NCBI GenBank assembly: GCA_024137785.1
Contig: JAHRHZ010000025.1
Location: forward strand, 16,260,079-16,324,078
Source: Ginglymostoma cirratum
Taxonomy: Eukaryota
Reading direction: 5' to 3'
Length of the DNA stretch: 64,000 nucleotides
In this document: in pieces, positions 23,226 through 36,614 of the stretch
Numbering within the stretch: the first letter of the stretch is position 1
Layout: each line of letters opens with the position of its first letter
Translations under genes and position numbers: made by a program
Notes under the pieces: model-generated
What the model was told of the DNA's origin: nothing
Databases searched by the model: none
Seen by the model: the letters and a program-made list of their open reading frames with translations, nothing else

Positions 23226-25161
23226 ACTGCAGAGCTGCAGAGGTACTCGATTACAGTCTTGTCAGCCACTTGTGAGCTTCTGCTGTTTCCTCAAATCAAC
23301 AGAAATTGAAGCTTTTCCCTCTGGAGGCTAGTAGGTTATGCCACAGCTAATATGAACTGAACCAGACAGATTGAAAGGTCCCAGTTTAATTATCAGTCAC
23401 AGACGCGTGAGCTTTTTGATCTCAGAATTGGATACCACAGTTGGTCACTGTACTAAGATACCTGGAGTGTTGCGTTCCACTCTGAACACATTTCATCGAG
23501 GAGAGGAAAATTCTCAGTTCTACATTTAAACTATCAGCCTGGCTTTTATATTCAAGAGTGGACCTTAAACTTACAAACCTCTGATTCAAGTCACTACTCA
23601 TTGTTGACACCTTATTCCAGAAAATAAATACATGATCAGGAATGAGTGCAAACAACTCACTTACAGTTTAACTATCATCAAAACAAAGCTATGAACAAAA
23701 CAATGAAGATGTCTTTCTTGCATGAATGCTTCATTGAAGACTAACTACAATCATTTGCACACTCCCTGATAAATTCAGAGTGTTCGCAGGAAGTATGTAA
23801 TTTACAATCATTCGACAACACATTGCAACAGATCACAGACAAGAACTCATGTAATTATATTGTGGAGATGGAATGGTCAGCCAATTTTGGTTCATCAATT
23901 ATATAGGATGTTTATCCCTGAAAGTACAGTTACCACTTACAGTAAAGTGCAAGGATTCTCTGAATCTGTTTGTACATGACTGAACTGTCAAACCGACCAA
24001 GCTGAATTGAAATCGTTTCTAAGCCTAAAGACAGCAAGGTGTGTTTCCCAGAAAGTAATATACATTACTGTATATCTGGCAGAAACAGCTAGCAATAGCT
24101 GCTTAAGCTGGGACCAATAGAGACTAATTTAACATTGTCAAAATCCCTTTTTTCAGAAGAAAAAGATTGGATTAACATTGATGCTCCATTTAGAGGAATA
24201 CCCTGTTAGCACACATGATCCAGACTTGAGTTTGAAGATCATCCACTTGAATGAGCGGCAACTTGCAGAACCATCATTTAGAAAGAGTCAGTGCCTTTAA
24301 GCGAGAAAAGTCAAAATCTTACAGAAACAGCAATTGAGTTATTCTTGGAGGTGCTCTGCACTCAAACCCTGAATCAAGATGTAAGTATCTGCTTCTAAGA
24401 AATGTATGCCTAAATAGTAAGTTTTGTAAAAGTATATATATACATATATGTGTATGCATGTAGGATGTCAACATCACCAGCTAGGCCAGCATTTAATGTG
24501 CAGAGCTGGTTGCCTTGGAAATGGAACTCCTTGACCAGCAGAGGCAGCTGAGTGCCTTCTTAAGCCCTTTGAGGCAGCTAAGAGTCAGGCACATTGCTCT
24601 GGGGCTGGGGTCACACTTAGCCCAAGAGTGCATAAGAACAGCTGGTTTCCTTCCCTGAGGGACAGTTACTCTACCATCTGTTGAGCTTTCAAACAATACC
24701 ACGTTTCCTGTTAATTGCTGCTCGCTGTGCATGTTACTGCTGTGGATCCTTTTACTAACTACAACGGTGTTGTCAGAGAGATAGTTAATCTCATCGTTAC
24801 TTCTTGCATTTTTCTGTGCAGTATTTTCCCTCATTGATGCTAAACCCCTGCGCCATAGTATTGTTGGTTCATGCTGGGAAACTTTCTCCTTGCTGAGATA
24901 GTAATTCTTTCCCATGTGAGCTTATAAAATTTATGTCTGCAGACTATTTAACCATGATGGGCACAAGGCATAGCCCACAAGGCCCAGTAAGCCTGACTCT
25001 TTCTGTCGCATCTAAAAAACCTGTCATGATCAACCGCTTGGCAATTAACCAGAAGCCAGTGACAGCAACAGCAGCGACAACAACAACTTGTATTTATATA
25101 GTCCCTTTAACATAGCAAAACATCACACAATATCTGACACTGAGCCTCATCAGGAGATCCT

Positions 25162-25482
25162 CATAGGATCCGTAAAGTGTGGAAACAGGCCCTTTGGCCC
25201 AACAAGTCCACATTGGCCCACAGAGCATCCCACCCAGACCCATCCCCCTATAACTCACCTAATCTAGGCATCCCTGAACACTACAGGCAATTTAGCGTGG
25301 CCAATCCACCTAACCTGCACATCTTTTGACTGTGGGAACAAACCAGAGCACCTGGAGGAAACCTATGCAGACACAGGGAGAATGTGCATACTCCACACAG
25401 ACAGTCACCTGAGGGTGGAATCGAACCTAGGTCCCTGGTGCTGTGAGACAGCGGTGCTAACCACTGAGCCACCGTGCTGCGC
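25162..25482 (-). mobile_element. HE1-type V-SINE, full length
   Basis: Head with A/B boxes at 25415-25480, V-domain body and HER1-shared tail. Confidence 0.93.
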
Positions 25483-25499
25483 CAATGGTTCACAGAGTG

Positions 25500-25790
25500 A
25501 CACATTTTCAGAAATCTTGAAGAAAGAAAGGTAAGTAGAGAGGCAGAGAAGTTTAGGAAGGAATTGCAGGAGACTTGGATCTCATTAGCTGAAGGGAAGA
25601 GCACCATAGGAGGAATGATGAGACCAGAATTGATGAAGGACAAAGATCTCAGAGGATACCAGGGCTGAAGAAGAATACAATGATCAGGCAGGTTGTGCGA
25701 ACATAGGAATTTTTGAGTTGTTGTCAGATCAGGATCCAGTGTAAGTCAACGAGCACAGGCTGTGTGTACGGAACTCAGTATGAGTTGGGA
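25500..25790 (-). mobile_element. L2-like LINE 3' fragment
   Basis: AGAGAGGCAGAGAAGTTTAGGAAGGAATTGCAG...CAGGGCTGAAGAAG, the reverse complement of the 20270-20745 type. Confidence 0.6.
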
Positions 25791-26363
25791 TATAATACGA
25801 TTTGCGTAAAAATGAAGGGGTCCAGTGTAAGTAATGCTGCTAATAGAAGATCCTGATTTTGCAATAAATTGAAGTGACCTGAAGGAAGATGTACAAGGCA
25901 CATAAATGAAACACATACTAGCAATCAACAGCTCCCTGCTTAAGCTTATTAAAGCAGTAGGGAAGTACTTGAGTTAAAATTCTGCTGCATTACTGGACAT
26001 GAGCACATGGCACTACCATTCATATAAATGTCTGAATCCAACCAGATGGCTGTTTGTTAAAGTTTAAGGCTGTCTGCATTCCAGGATTGTCTACTCTGAA
26101 GGATAATCGTGGAGTGTCCAGAAATTAAAAATTAATATCCTGGGCACAGCTGTGAAGAACTAGCGAGAGAAAGGGCATTGTAACAATACTGTGTTTGTTT
26201 CATTTACTTGGAATGCTTTCATTACCAAATTGGAAATAACATCGTAGATGGACGTGGGATACAGACTGTTTTATCAGGCGAGTTGGTTAAAAACAGAAGC
26301 TCATGTGATGAAACCTCCAGGTATATATACATCACAGTTGACAGCACTACCTTTCTTATTCTG

Positions 26364-26460
26364 TTATAACAATGTGTAGAGCTGGATGAACTCAGCAGGC
26401 CAAGCAGCATCAGAGGAGCAGGAAGGCTGACGTTTCGGGTCTAGACCCTTCTTCGGAATT
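26364..26460 (-). mobile_element. Short Penelope pLTR fragment with a mutated hammerhead core
   Basis: Minus strand reads CCGAAGA-AGGGTCTAGACCC-GAAACGTC, the same family as 15990-16090. Confidence 0.88.
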
Positions 26461-27509
26461 TTTAGTTAGGTTTCATCAAACGCAACCAATATTCACTACG
26501 GGAAAGGATGTCTTGGGCAGAGAGGCTGGCTGGGAGGATGTGGGTGCAAATATTAAAAAATTGGCATTGTATCTCTTCAGTAGTCCAAGAACAGGACTAG
26601 AATTTTTGTTGATCAAGGTCATCTCAAATCACTCACTGAATTGACTGACAGAGGTCAATGGAAAGCATTGTGTAAAAGAAGAAAGTGAAAAGATTTAATA
26701 AGTAAATATCATTCAATTCTGCCTAAGGCTTTAATAATCAATATTCCAGGTACAAATCTCTATATTAATGCTTGTTTAAGAATCAATCTATTTTTTGTCC
26801 ACAGTTGAATTTATCCCACTCAACAACAATTTGCATTTATGTAACAACCTTGAACTAGTAGAGACATCCCAAGGTACTTTACAGGATCATCATCAAACAA
26901 AATTTGATTTTGAACCATGACTGAAAGTTTAGGCAAAATGATATACTTTTAAGGAGTGACTGAAAGAAAACAAAGATAAAGTGGGTTGATGGAATATTAA
27001 TGGTGGGTGATTTTACAGGGCAAAATTTTAAAGTTTTTATTTACATGTAAGCTGCCACCTAATATGGAGGCTTCTGCTATACGGTCTGTCCTTGACATTC
27101 AAAATTAAGTTTTTGCATGATAAAGATTCATGCTATCCAATAAAATGAATGAAAACAGTGTGAAAACTTAACACAAAACATTTGACAGGAACAATTTGAA
27201 GTAAACAATTCAAAGTTAAGGAGAGCTATATGACAACTACTGCTCACCAAAGTGAGAGTATTCAGCCTCCTGACTTCTCCAAAACCAAACCTCTATCTCT
27301 TAACTGTACAGCCCAAAGAGGCCCAAGGTTTAGTCCCCAATCTGTTTAGGCTCCTGATGTCAGCTGATGCATCAGTCAGGCCACAACACCTGCATCAAAG
27401 GTTTGATTCATGGTTAAACCCCTCCAACGCTGACCCGTCAAACACATCCTATGCTATATATTATAGAACTTTCTAAATCCTATGTGACTGAATATTCTTG
27501 GTACAGAGC

Positions 27510-28180
27510 ATCAGAACATTTGAAAAGGAGCAGGAATTGGCTTTACAGCTCCTTGAAGCTGCTTCACCATTCAACAACATCATGATTGATCTTGTACATT
27601 AATTCTACTTTCTCACCTTATCTTGATATCCATTGATTCTCCTAGCGTCTAAAAATGCATCAATTTTTGAATGCGTTCAAGCAGCTGAAAATCCACAGCC
27701 TAATGGGGAGGAATCATGGAATTTTACAGTATAGAAGGAGGCCTATTGACCCATCGTGTCTGTACCAGCTCCCAAAAGAGCCATCCAGTCAGTTCCATTC
27801 TCTGGCTTTATCTTCATAGCCCTCTGAATTCATCACTTTTTCAAATATATATCCAGCTGTCTTTTAAAACCTCCTATGCAATCCATCTCCAGCACTCTCT
27901 CAGGCAGTGCATTTCAAATTCAAACAATGCTTGAAGAATTGTAGAAATTTATTCTCTTCTCATTCCTGAGTAACCAAACCTTTATCTTGACAGCATGACA
28001 TCAGAAATAAGAGCAGATATAGACCATTTTCAACCCCTCAATCCCGCTCTACCTTTCAGTAAGAGCATGCTGATTAGATTACAGTGTTATTAGGTGCACC
28101 TACCTGCTTGGGCTCATAATGCTTCATTCCTTTGTCAAACAAAAACCTGTTTAACTCATCCTTGGATTTATTCAAGACCT
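27510..28180 (-). mobile_element. Cluster of old nested CR1 3' tails
   Basis: Three tail starts: AGAACATTTGAAAAGGAGCAGG (~27513), ATCATGGAATTTTACAGTATAGAAGGAGGCC (~27713) and AGAAATAAGAGCAG (~28003). Confidence 0.6.
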
Positions 28181-29132
28181 CAGTCGGAACAGAATAAGAA
28201 TTATTCCAGACTCAAAACCATAACTGTATTTCTGTCTGCCAGACTTGCTGAGTTTTTCCAGCATTCTGTGTTTTTTGCAGATTTCCAGCATCCACAGTAT
28301 TTTGTCTTTATTTATGTTTTCTTAGTTTTTGTTAACTTTGTATTATTTACTGTACATGCATTTTTGTGTAAATGTATATTTCAAAAGCCTTCTCCCAGGA
28401 ATACAACCCCGGTTCATTCTGTTGCATCTGTCAGAAATTACATTGTACACAATGTTGTTTCACATCATGTTGCATTTTCCTGGAACCACTTAACCATGTT
28501 ATGCAAGGGCCTACTGTAATTAAAAGCCCAGCTAAGGACCATGTAACAATGCAATCAGCATCTTGCCAACAGTTAATCGAAACCCCACCATGCAGGAGAT
28601 TGCCAAATGACTGGAGGTGACATCCCAGTGTCGGCAAGGGAAATGTTTTATGAAACAAAGAGGAGGCCATTGTCAAGGAAGGGAACCTTCATATTCAGAA
28701 CAATGCTGTAGGTCCACATATCCAGACTTCTCCTTATCTCCAAGCATTGACACACACCTCCCAGCTGTTGGGCCCTTCGCTAGGATCCACAGCTTCTGAG
28801 GGTGAATTGCTGTCGTTAATAGGATGGCAGGACCAGTGGTTGACATATAAATGCTGCTGCTTGTGATCAGTGGCTCTGACTCTCACCACCTGCTAAAGCA
28901 GAGTCCCTACCCCATCCTCATTTTCAGCCCCAGCAATGAGATTCCTTCCAACTCTGAAAGTTTCTGCCCGATGTTTCCAATGCTCACATCAACCATTCTA
29001 CAATCACACACTGTGTCAGATTTACATTTAGCACAGAACTGCTGAGTAGTTGTCCCAAAGGAGTGCTTACATCATCCTTACTCATTCTGTCTCGGCCTCT
29101 GGCTTGTATAACAAGCCTTTGTTTTGTTGCAG

Positions 29133-29264
29133 GTTTGAAGCTGACCTTTCATCTCTGGGTCTGGTGTCCTCTGTAGCCAAGACCGAAGGGACAAAAATGG
29201 TCTAAATTCGAAAATCTCCAGTGGAAAATATGTTAAAATCCTCTCAATTCAACAGTTACTATCT
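29133..29264 (+). other. Candidate 132-nt exon (5'UTR/first-coding or non-coding)
   Basis: Acceptor cctttgttttgttgcag and donor CT|GTAAGT. All three entering frames hit stops. An internal ATG at 29230 reads MLKSSQFNSYY into the donor. Confidence 0.4.
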
Positions 29265-30014
29265 GTAAGTATATACAAGAACTTCTAAATACTTTAAATT
29301 GGATTTCAAAAACCAATAGGAAAAAAAAAATCACATGAGTAAATAAAATATTAAGAAATAAACAGATGTACCAGCTTGGTGAGTAATCTGTTAGGTTGGT
29401 GATTAACGCTCAGAAAAAAAGCCATTCAATTCCCCAGAATCATGTCACAGTGTTAATTAGCATCATTCCCAAATAGAAAAATGATATCATGATTTGATTT
29501 TGGAGCTGAGGACTGTAAGAGCTTAGACCAAAGCAGAGATGATGTAATTAACCCACTTGGTCATATTTCATGAATTTGTTTAGTGATTCCATGTTAATCA
29601 AAGCTACCCATGGACACTTTTCAACAGGGATTACAGTACAGCAGTCAGGGGTTGATTTCCCGTCTTTCCAAACTGGAGCTGACTCTAATTGTAGCATTCT
29701 GTATGAAGAATTGCATGGATCCTATATTGGAGCTCCAATGCCCCTTAGAATTTGGCACAAAGGTTCAAGAGTCCATCAATGTCTTCCTGGTTCAGCGTGC
29801 AGACATTTTAAATTAAACTTAACATTAATTCTTTAAGGTTTTACCTTTAAGATTAGTGTCCAAGACATAGACTCACAGATTCCCACCCCAAATGGCCAAA
29901 CAATACCAGCACAGTGTCACTTCAGAGCCTGACGCAGCCAATGACACAGGACCTAAGGAACTGGACAACCACAGCTTACCCTAAAGCTCATGTGCAATAG
30001 TCCTACAGTATGTT

Positions 30015-30322
30015 GGGGTGGCACAGTGGTTCAGTGGCCAGTGCTGCTGCTTCACAGCACCAGGGACCCGGATTTGATTCTATCCTTGGGCGACTGCCTG
30101 TGTAGAGTTCACACATTCTCCCCGTGTCTGCATGTGTTTCCTCTGGGTGCTCTGGTTTCCTCCCACAGTCCAAAGATGTGCGTGTTAGGTGGATTGTCCA
30201 TAGTGTTCAGGGATGTGTAGATTAGGTGGGTTATAGGGGGATGGGTCTGGGTGGGATGCTCTGAAGGTTAGTGTGGACTTGTTGGGCCAAAGGGCCTGTT
30301 TCCACACTGTAGGGATTCTATG
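30015..30322 (+). mobile_element. HE1-type V-SINE, full length
   Basis: GGGTGGCACAGTGGTTCAGTGG...CACAGCACCAGGGACCCGG...GGGCCTGTTTCCACACTGTAGGGATTCTATG. Confidence 0.93.
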
Positions 30323-30879
30323 TTGAAATAGCATACAATCTCAGCAGCATTCTATCAGCTCCGGTGACAGACTATGGACACACTGTGTTAGAGGATGTTG
30401 TAGGGTTGCTTTAACGCAGGAAAGGACCTCAGAGCCAAAGAATTGAGAACCCTTGCCCTGTGCTAGCCTGGATGAGGAATATTAAATCAACCCAAGTTGA
30501 GGATGGAGTGTGAGACCATCCTAGATTGTGTGGAATTAGAACGTACTTGATGAATCTGTGCACTATTTTGAGATAAATGTAGCTTCTTCATTGGGTATAA
30601 TTCACCTTGTGCATTAACATATGTTTCATGGTTCATTAGCAGCTGTGTTTCCACTCTGTTCGACTTTCTTTTCTGTTGCCTTCTTTTCATTAATAGACTA
30701 TAAATTTTCTGTCACTCGCTTAGTCTTTATTATTATAATGAATTTATACTCACAGTTTTCAGGGGTAATGACTGTTCCATCCCGACTGATCCAAAGCTAA
30801 CATTTGTCAGAAACCCACAAACCTGAGATCACTGCGCTCTATCAGTTCTGGCATCTTGTACATTTGCATGCAGGGCAGG

Positions 30880-31232
30880 CTATGGCTAAGTGTCTATCGC
30901 TAGATAATTAATCCAGAGACCCAGGTAATGTTCTGGGTACACGGGTTCAAATCCTACCATGGCAGATCGTGGAATTTGAATTCCATAATAATTTGGAGAT
31001 AAGCATCTAATGATGACATAAAACCATTGTTGATTGTCAGGGAAAAATCCAATCTGGTTCATTAATGTCCTTTAAGGAAGGAAATCTGCTATCCTTACCT
31101 GTTCTGGCCTACATGTGACTCCAGACCCATAGCAATGTGGTTGACTGTCAACTGCCGCCTAGGCAATTAAGAATGGGCAATAAATGCTGGCCTAGCCAGT
31201 GATGCTGTCATCCTGTGAATGAATTTTTAAAA
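30880..31232 (+). mobile_element. tRNA-headed SINE (second family)
   Basis: A-box-like TGGCTAAGTG and B box GGTTCAAATCC. Collinear with 62630-62965 over about 330 bp. Confidence 0.85.
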
Positions 31233-33329
31233 AATTCCTCATTCCACCACTGGCAGCTTTCCCTTCAGCTCTGTAAAATTTAGAATGTCTTCCATAAATG
31301 TCGCCATATCGCTACACCTCTCTTCCCTCCTTTATGACTATCTTTAAAACCTTTTTCTTCAAACTTTCAGTTATCAATTCTAATATCTCTGCACATGACA
31401 AATCTGCCCTATTAACATTCCTACGTAGCACCTTAGAAGGGTTTACTATTTTAAAAATGCTACATAACTGCAAATTCTTATTGTTGAATGAAATTTGTTT
31501 TCAGACATATTGCTACATGACTAATCTTGAATTGCGAGCTTGTTTTAATTGGTTGACATCAAAGAAAAAGAAAATCATGTTGGGTTGAAATTGATTGTCA
31601 ATTCAATGTTTTACATTACACCTGGAGACCAATTTCACTTCCATTTATCTTTTAAAGGTTAGCAAAGGCAATGTGTCCTTCTGACAGTGACCAATCATAA
31701 CCTGCTAATTGCCAGAGTAGTTTTACAAGCCAGATGGGATCCCTTTAACCGTGTTTAGTCAATAATATCCTAAAATTTACTTCTGTGAGAATCTTTCCTT
31801 CCTTTTTCATTCTAGTTCAACTTCTAAGAAATGAGTAAGAAAGCCCACTTGAAATACCAGAGGGATTCTCAAAAAAAAAACATTGTCAGGAAGTCATAAC
31901 TGGCTCTTCCAGTTAATACAGGAGAAATAAAATGACATCAACCAACCATTGCTAATTCATGACCATTTAACTTCGATTTGAGATGCCAAACCATCAGCCC
32001 CGTTAACCTGTGGCATACTCTGAGATTTTGCAAAATAGGCCTCAAGATTCAATTTGGTAATTATAGTAATTCTGGAAGGCAATCTCTCAGTAGGCGAAAA
32101 GTATGCAAAACACTTGAAGAGGGACATTGCTTTAATTATTATTATGTTAATTCTTATGACGTGGGTATTACTGGAAGACAGGGAGTTAATGTCCTTGTGA
32201 AAGGATTTACTATCCTTGTACTGCCTTGTTGAACTATACTGACCATGCTGACAGGCAGGGAGCTCAGGATTTTGGTCTAGCAGCAATGAATACTATGAAT
32301 GTTATATGTCCAGTCGAGAATAGTGTATAACTTGGAGTGGAACTTTATGATCATTATTTCCCAATGCACTTCCTGCTCTCACCTTGTACTTGATAGAAGA
32401 CACAAGTTTGGAAGATGCCATTCAAGAGCCTTGTCAAATAATAAGTTCCTAATTGGAGTTACACTATAGTCACAGCTTATTCAAAAAATAAACTATTTTC
32501 GGTGAAAAAAACCTTTTCATTCATCTCCTAGGAAATGCTCACGTTGTTTCTCTTCATGTGCAACTTTCATGTCTTACCCAATCTGCTGTTTGATGCATGA
32601 TTTTAAGAAGTGCATTCAAAGGCTATTGGACAATAGCAAGACAGCTAAAGCACAACCAAGTCTGATCATCTTCCCGTCTGCTAAATGGCAATCTGACTGC
32701 AGACCCTAATTGATTCCTCCCTCTGCCTACTAGCAATCCAGAGACACTGACTGCAGAAATAGTACTGCAACCTGTCTGAAATTAACAAGCATGGACCAAA
32801 TCACACTTTGCATCCAGACCTGCCTGTTTAGTATGGCTCAGTTCCACATTGTGTATTTGTAAGCAGAACTTAAAAAGTTGATTCAAGCCTCGAGGAACCT
32901 GCCAAATGTAATCATGCCAAAATAAGGTATGAATGAATAGTATTTCATATTTGTAAATTCAAATACAAATGAAATCAGATTCCGTTAATTCAAAAAATAT
33001 AACTATTTGATTCAAAGAATTTGAAGGTTGAAGTTACACTTATTGGATGCATTGGTGTCTATCTTGTATATAAAGCCCATAGTTTTGGTTTTTGCATGGG
33101 TGGGAAAAATGAACACTGAATGGTATCCAATATCATTTGGAAGACAGGTTGATAGAAGGATCCGCATAGACAGTCAGCAATGTCTAGAACAGTGGGTGAA
33201 AGGAGCACTCAGACACAATGAACATTATCTTACTTGTGCATCAGAGAGGTATCCGACTACAACGGAGCAGCTTCAAGCCAAAGGCTATAAATCTTGGGTG
33301 AGTTTACAGGCCTACACCATTTACCTGGA

Positions 33330-34940
33330 AGGTGGAGAGGTGTACAATTTAGATGCTCAGAAGAGGCCTGTGCTGAGTTTGAAAGGAATGTGAAGAAAGT
33401 AATGGTCACCACACAGAATTGTGTACAGTTGTGGGCACCACATTAAAGATGGAAGTGAACACATCAGGGACGGTGCAGAAGTGCAATTACAAAATTAGTT
33501 CCAGGAATGAGAAACAGATGAGGATAGAATGGAGGAAGGTTGGAAAGTTTGGAACTGTTCTCCTTGCAGAGAGAAGCAGGCTAAGAAGTGATTTAATAGA
33601 GGTTTTCAAAATCATGAGAGGTTTGGATTGATAGGGATAAACTGCTCCCACTCATTAAAGAATCAAGAATGAGATGATACGGTGTGGAGCTGAAGAAACA
33701 CAGAAGGTCAGGCAGCATCAGAGGAGCAGGAGAGTCGACGTTTCGGGCCTAGACCCTTCAACAGGACTGGGGAGGGGAAAGAGAGCTGGGAAATAAATAG
33801 ATGAATGACGGCTGGGGGTAGGTAGGCGGGATGGCAATAGGTGGATGCAGGTAGGGGTAGTGGGGATTGGGTATAGGGGGATCAAATGTAGACTCGGTGA
33901 CAGAATTGCGGAGCACCTGCACTCCTTACGCTATAATCAACAACACCTCTGGTCACTAACCATTTTAACTGCCCCTCCCACTTCCTTGGTGACATGTCCA
34001 TCCTGGGCCTCCTCCAGTGCCACAATGATGCCACATGCAAACTGAAGGATCAACACCTCATACTTCACCTCGGGAGCCTACAGCCTGATGGCCTAAACAT
34101 AGAATTCACCAGTTTCAAACTCTCCCCACCCCTGGCCTCATCCTATATCCAACCCTCCCTCTCATTCCCCTCTCCTTGACCTGACACTACCTTTCCATCT
34201 CCTTCCCTGTCTATCTGCCCCACCACTCCCACTGATCAATTTCCACTACCCCTACCTGCATCCACCTATCAGTATCCCACCTACTTTCCCCCAATCCCAC
34301 CCCCTTTACTCTATTTCCCAGATCCCTTTCCCCTCCCCAGTCATGATGAAGGGTCTAGGCCCAAAACATCAACTTTCCTGCTCCTCTGATGTTGCCTGAC
34401 CTGCTGTGTTCCTCCAGTTCCACACTGTATTGACTCTGACTCCAGCATCTGCAGTTCATGCTATCTCAAGAATGAATTGGCATAGATTCAAAGTGATTTG
34501 CAAAGGTGAAGAAAAAAACTTTTTGACACGAGTGAGCACGTACTGTTACAACGTTTAAAAGACATTTGGATAAGTTCATGAAGAGGAAAGGTTTGAAGGG
34601 ATACAGTCCTGGCTCAGGCAGGTGGAACTAGTTTAATTTAGGAAAGTGGTTGGATTGGACTGGTTGGACCGGTTGGACCAAAGGGTCTGTTTCCATGTTG
34701 TATGATCCATGGTTCAATCTGAACACATAGTTTGAATCTATCAGTGGTTTGGGCCTGAAATGCACTCCTGGCAGTATGGTGAAATAGAATCAGTTCAATA
34801 TGGTATTGGATAATTATTAGAATAAAAACATTGTGCAAAGATATGGGGATGGGGAGGAGAATGGCACTAAATCAAAATGCCTGTTGGTGAACTGGTACAG
34901 ACATAATGAGCCAAATAGCCTCCTTCCGTGACGTAACAAT
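33330..34940 (+). mobile_element. CR1 3' fragment carrying a nested Penelope element and a HER1 tail (about 34540-34712)
   Basis: ORF 33419-33631 ends ERSRLRSDLIEVFKIMRGLD. CR1 sequence resumes after 34475. Confidence 0.8.
33673..34465 (+). mobile_element. Fold-back Penelope-like element with a 10-bp target-site duplication
   Basis: 33678-33870 is the inverted copy of about 34245-34430. The GIY-YIG tail reads KCRLGDRIAEHL...MSILGLLQCHNDATCKLKDQHLILHLGSLQPDGLNIEF. TCAAGAATGA occurs at 33663-33672 and 34466-34475. Confidence 0.9.
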
Positions 34941-36014
34941 TCTGTAATTCTAAATATCAAATCTACAAACCACCACCCCCAACTTAATGGTAAATATCTT
35001 TTTCAGGTCTTTTCTCAGTTTTATTTCTTATACAAAACCTATTCTGTTCAGCTGTTCCAGTTAAAGAGATCGTCTCAGTTCTGTTATCATTGTTGTAAGC
35101 CTTTATTGCGTCTTCTCTAACATCTCCATATTTGAAAACACCATATGAAGAACAGAATTTTGCAGTGCTCTATATGCAGAAATTGTTCAATTTATCATAT
35201 TTACACAAGGTAGAGATTAGAATATGTGGAAATAAGAATGTGGGAGCACAGTATGTAATGAGCCACGCCAAAAGTTAGGAGTCCTAGCTTGGGAATTTAG
35301 CGCAGGTACGAATTCAGCGCAGATGAGGAGTGGTTACAGCTGTATGTCTTTTCATTCAACTTCTCGAGGCTGATCAGTATTCAAGGCTTTAATTAGGTAA
35401 TTAGGGAGATAATTGCGAGTTTTTAACATTTTGTCCTTGTAAACCTGGGCAGTAGTTTAAACCAGTTCGAGGGAGATGCAAGTATTGTATTAAATGTATA
35501 GTTTGATAACACCAAGTGGAGAACTACAGGACAACAATTGAATGATATTTCTAAATGTGAAAATTAATTGGTTAACTTAAACACAAAGATGCACGGCAGC
35601 TGATGTGTTTCATCTGTAACATGTGGAACTTGTGGATACTCACAGCAACCACATCTGCAAAAAGGTGTCTGCTGTTTGAGGAACTTCAATTCTGAATTAA
35701 TAGATTAAAATCTTTCACTGTCTCTTATACATTATTTTATATAATCAAAACAATGATGAAAATTACTGGACAAAAAGTATCAGGAAAACTAAAGGCTGAC
35801 AAGTTCCCAGGCACCTGTATGCTCGGGTCTACATTGGTTGTAGTATTCCAAAATTCCATGGATTTTCCAAACATTCTAGCAGGTTGGAAAACCACAACTG
35901 TAACATCAATATTCAAGTAAAGAGAGAGACAGAAAGCACAAAACTACGCACCAGTTAATCTGACATTTAAAATTGGGAAAGTTCCAGAATACATTATGAA
36001 GGAATAAAAGCAAA

Positions 36015-36490
36015 CTGTCAAAGTGTTGGAGAAAAACCCCATAGTTCTGACAGCATCTGTGGAGAGAAAGAAATAGAGTTAATGCTTTGACTATAATGAC
36101 TGTTCTTCAGAACTAAATGGAGTTGTAAATGATGGCTTTTGTGCTGTTGACAAAGGGAGAAGATGAGTGAATAGAACAAATGGTGAGGAGGCCCAGAGCA
36201 AAAGACAAAAAGGTGCAAATGCAAGTCACTCAGAGATAGCAAGAACTGCAGAAGCTGGAGTCTGATTTTAACAAAGTGTTTCAGGACAAACCTCAACTCA
36301 CCCCAGATGAGACTTGAATTTTAACAAACAGCATTTAGTGATTGTGAATAGTCAAAAGTAGACCAGCTTCACTGATAGCAAACTCATGCAAACAAGACAC
36401 TACTGAGCAAGGGGGTGTAGTCAAAATGGATGGCAATGTTCATTCTCTGAAGTTCCTCAACTCAATGGTGAGTCCTGAAGGCTGTAAAAT
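36015..36490 (-). mobile_element. Older Penelope-like fragment inside the CR1 relic
   Basis: CAGCATCTGTGGAGAGAAAGAAATAGAGTTAATGCTTTGAC...TTCTTCAGAAC terminal motif at the start and CTGAAGTTCCTCAACTCAATGGTGAGTCCTGAAGGCTGTAA (GIY-YIG C-terminus, minus strand) at the end. Confidence 0.6.
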
Positions 36491-36614
36491 GTTTTAAAAA
36501 GTTAGTGACAGAACATTTAGAAAATCATAATAAGTTCAGGCAGAATCAACATGACTTTGTGAAAGGAAATTTGTGTTTGACAAATTTAGTATAAAAATTT
36601 AATTTCTTTTAAAA

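Noticed and set aside
24493-24915. 140-aa ORF, and similar ORFs at 28094-28519, 50481-50906 and 59430-59807
   Set aside because: They partly overlap repeats, have no recognisable domain, and have lengths compatible with chance.
28500-29100. Possible additional Harbinger fragments (SEQCCR here; LDKG near 54855)
   Set aside because: The matches are 4-6 residues with no collinear support.
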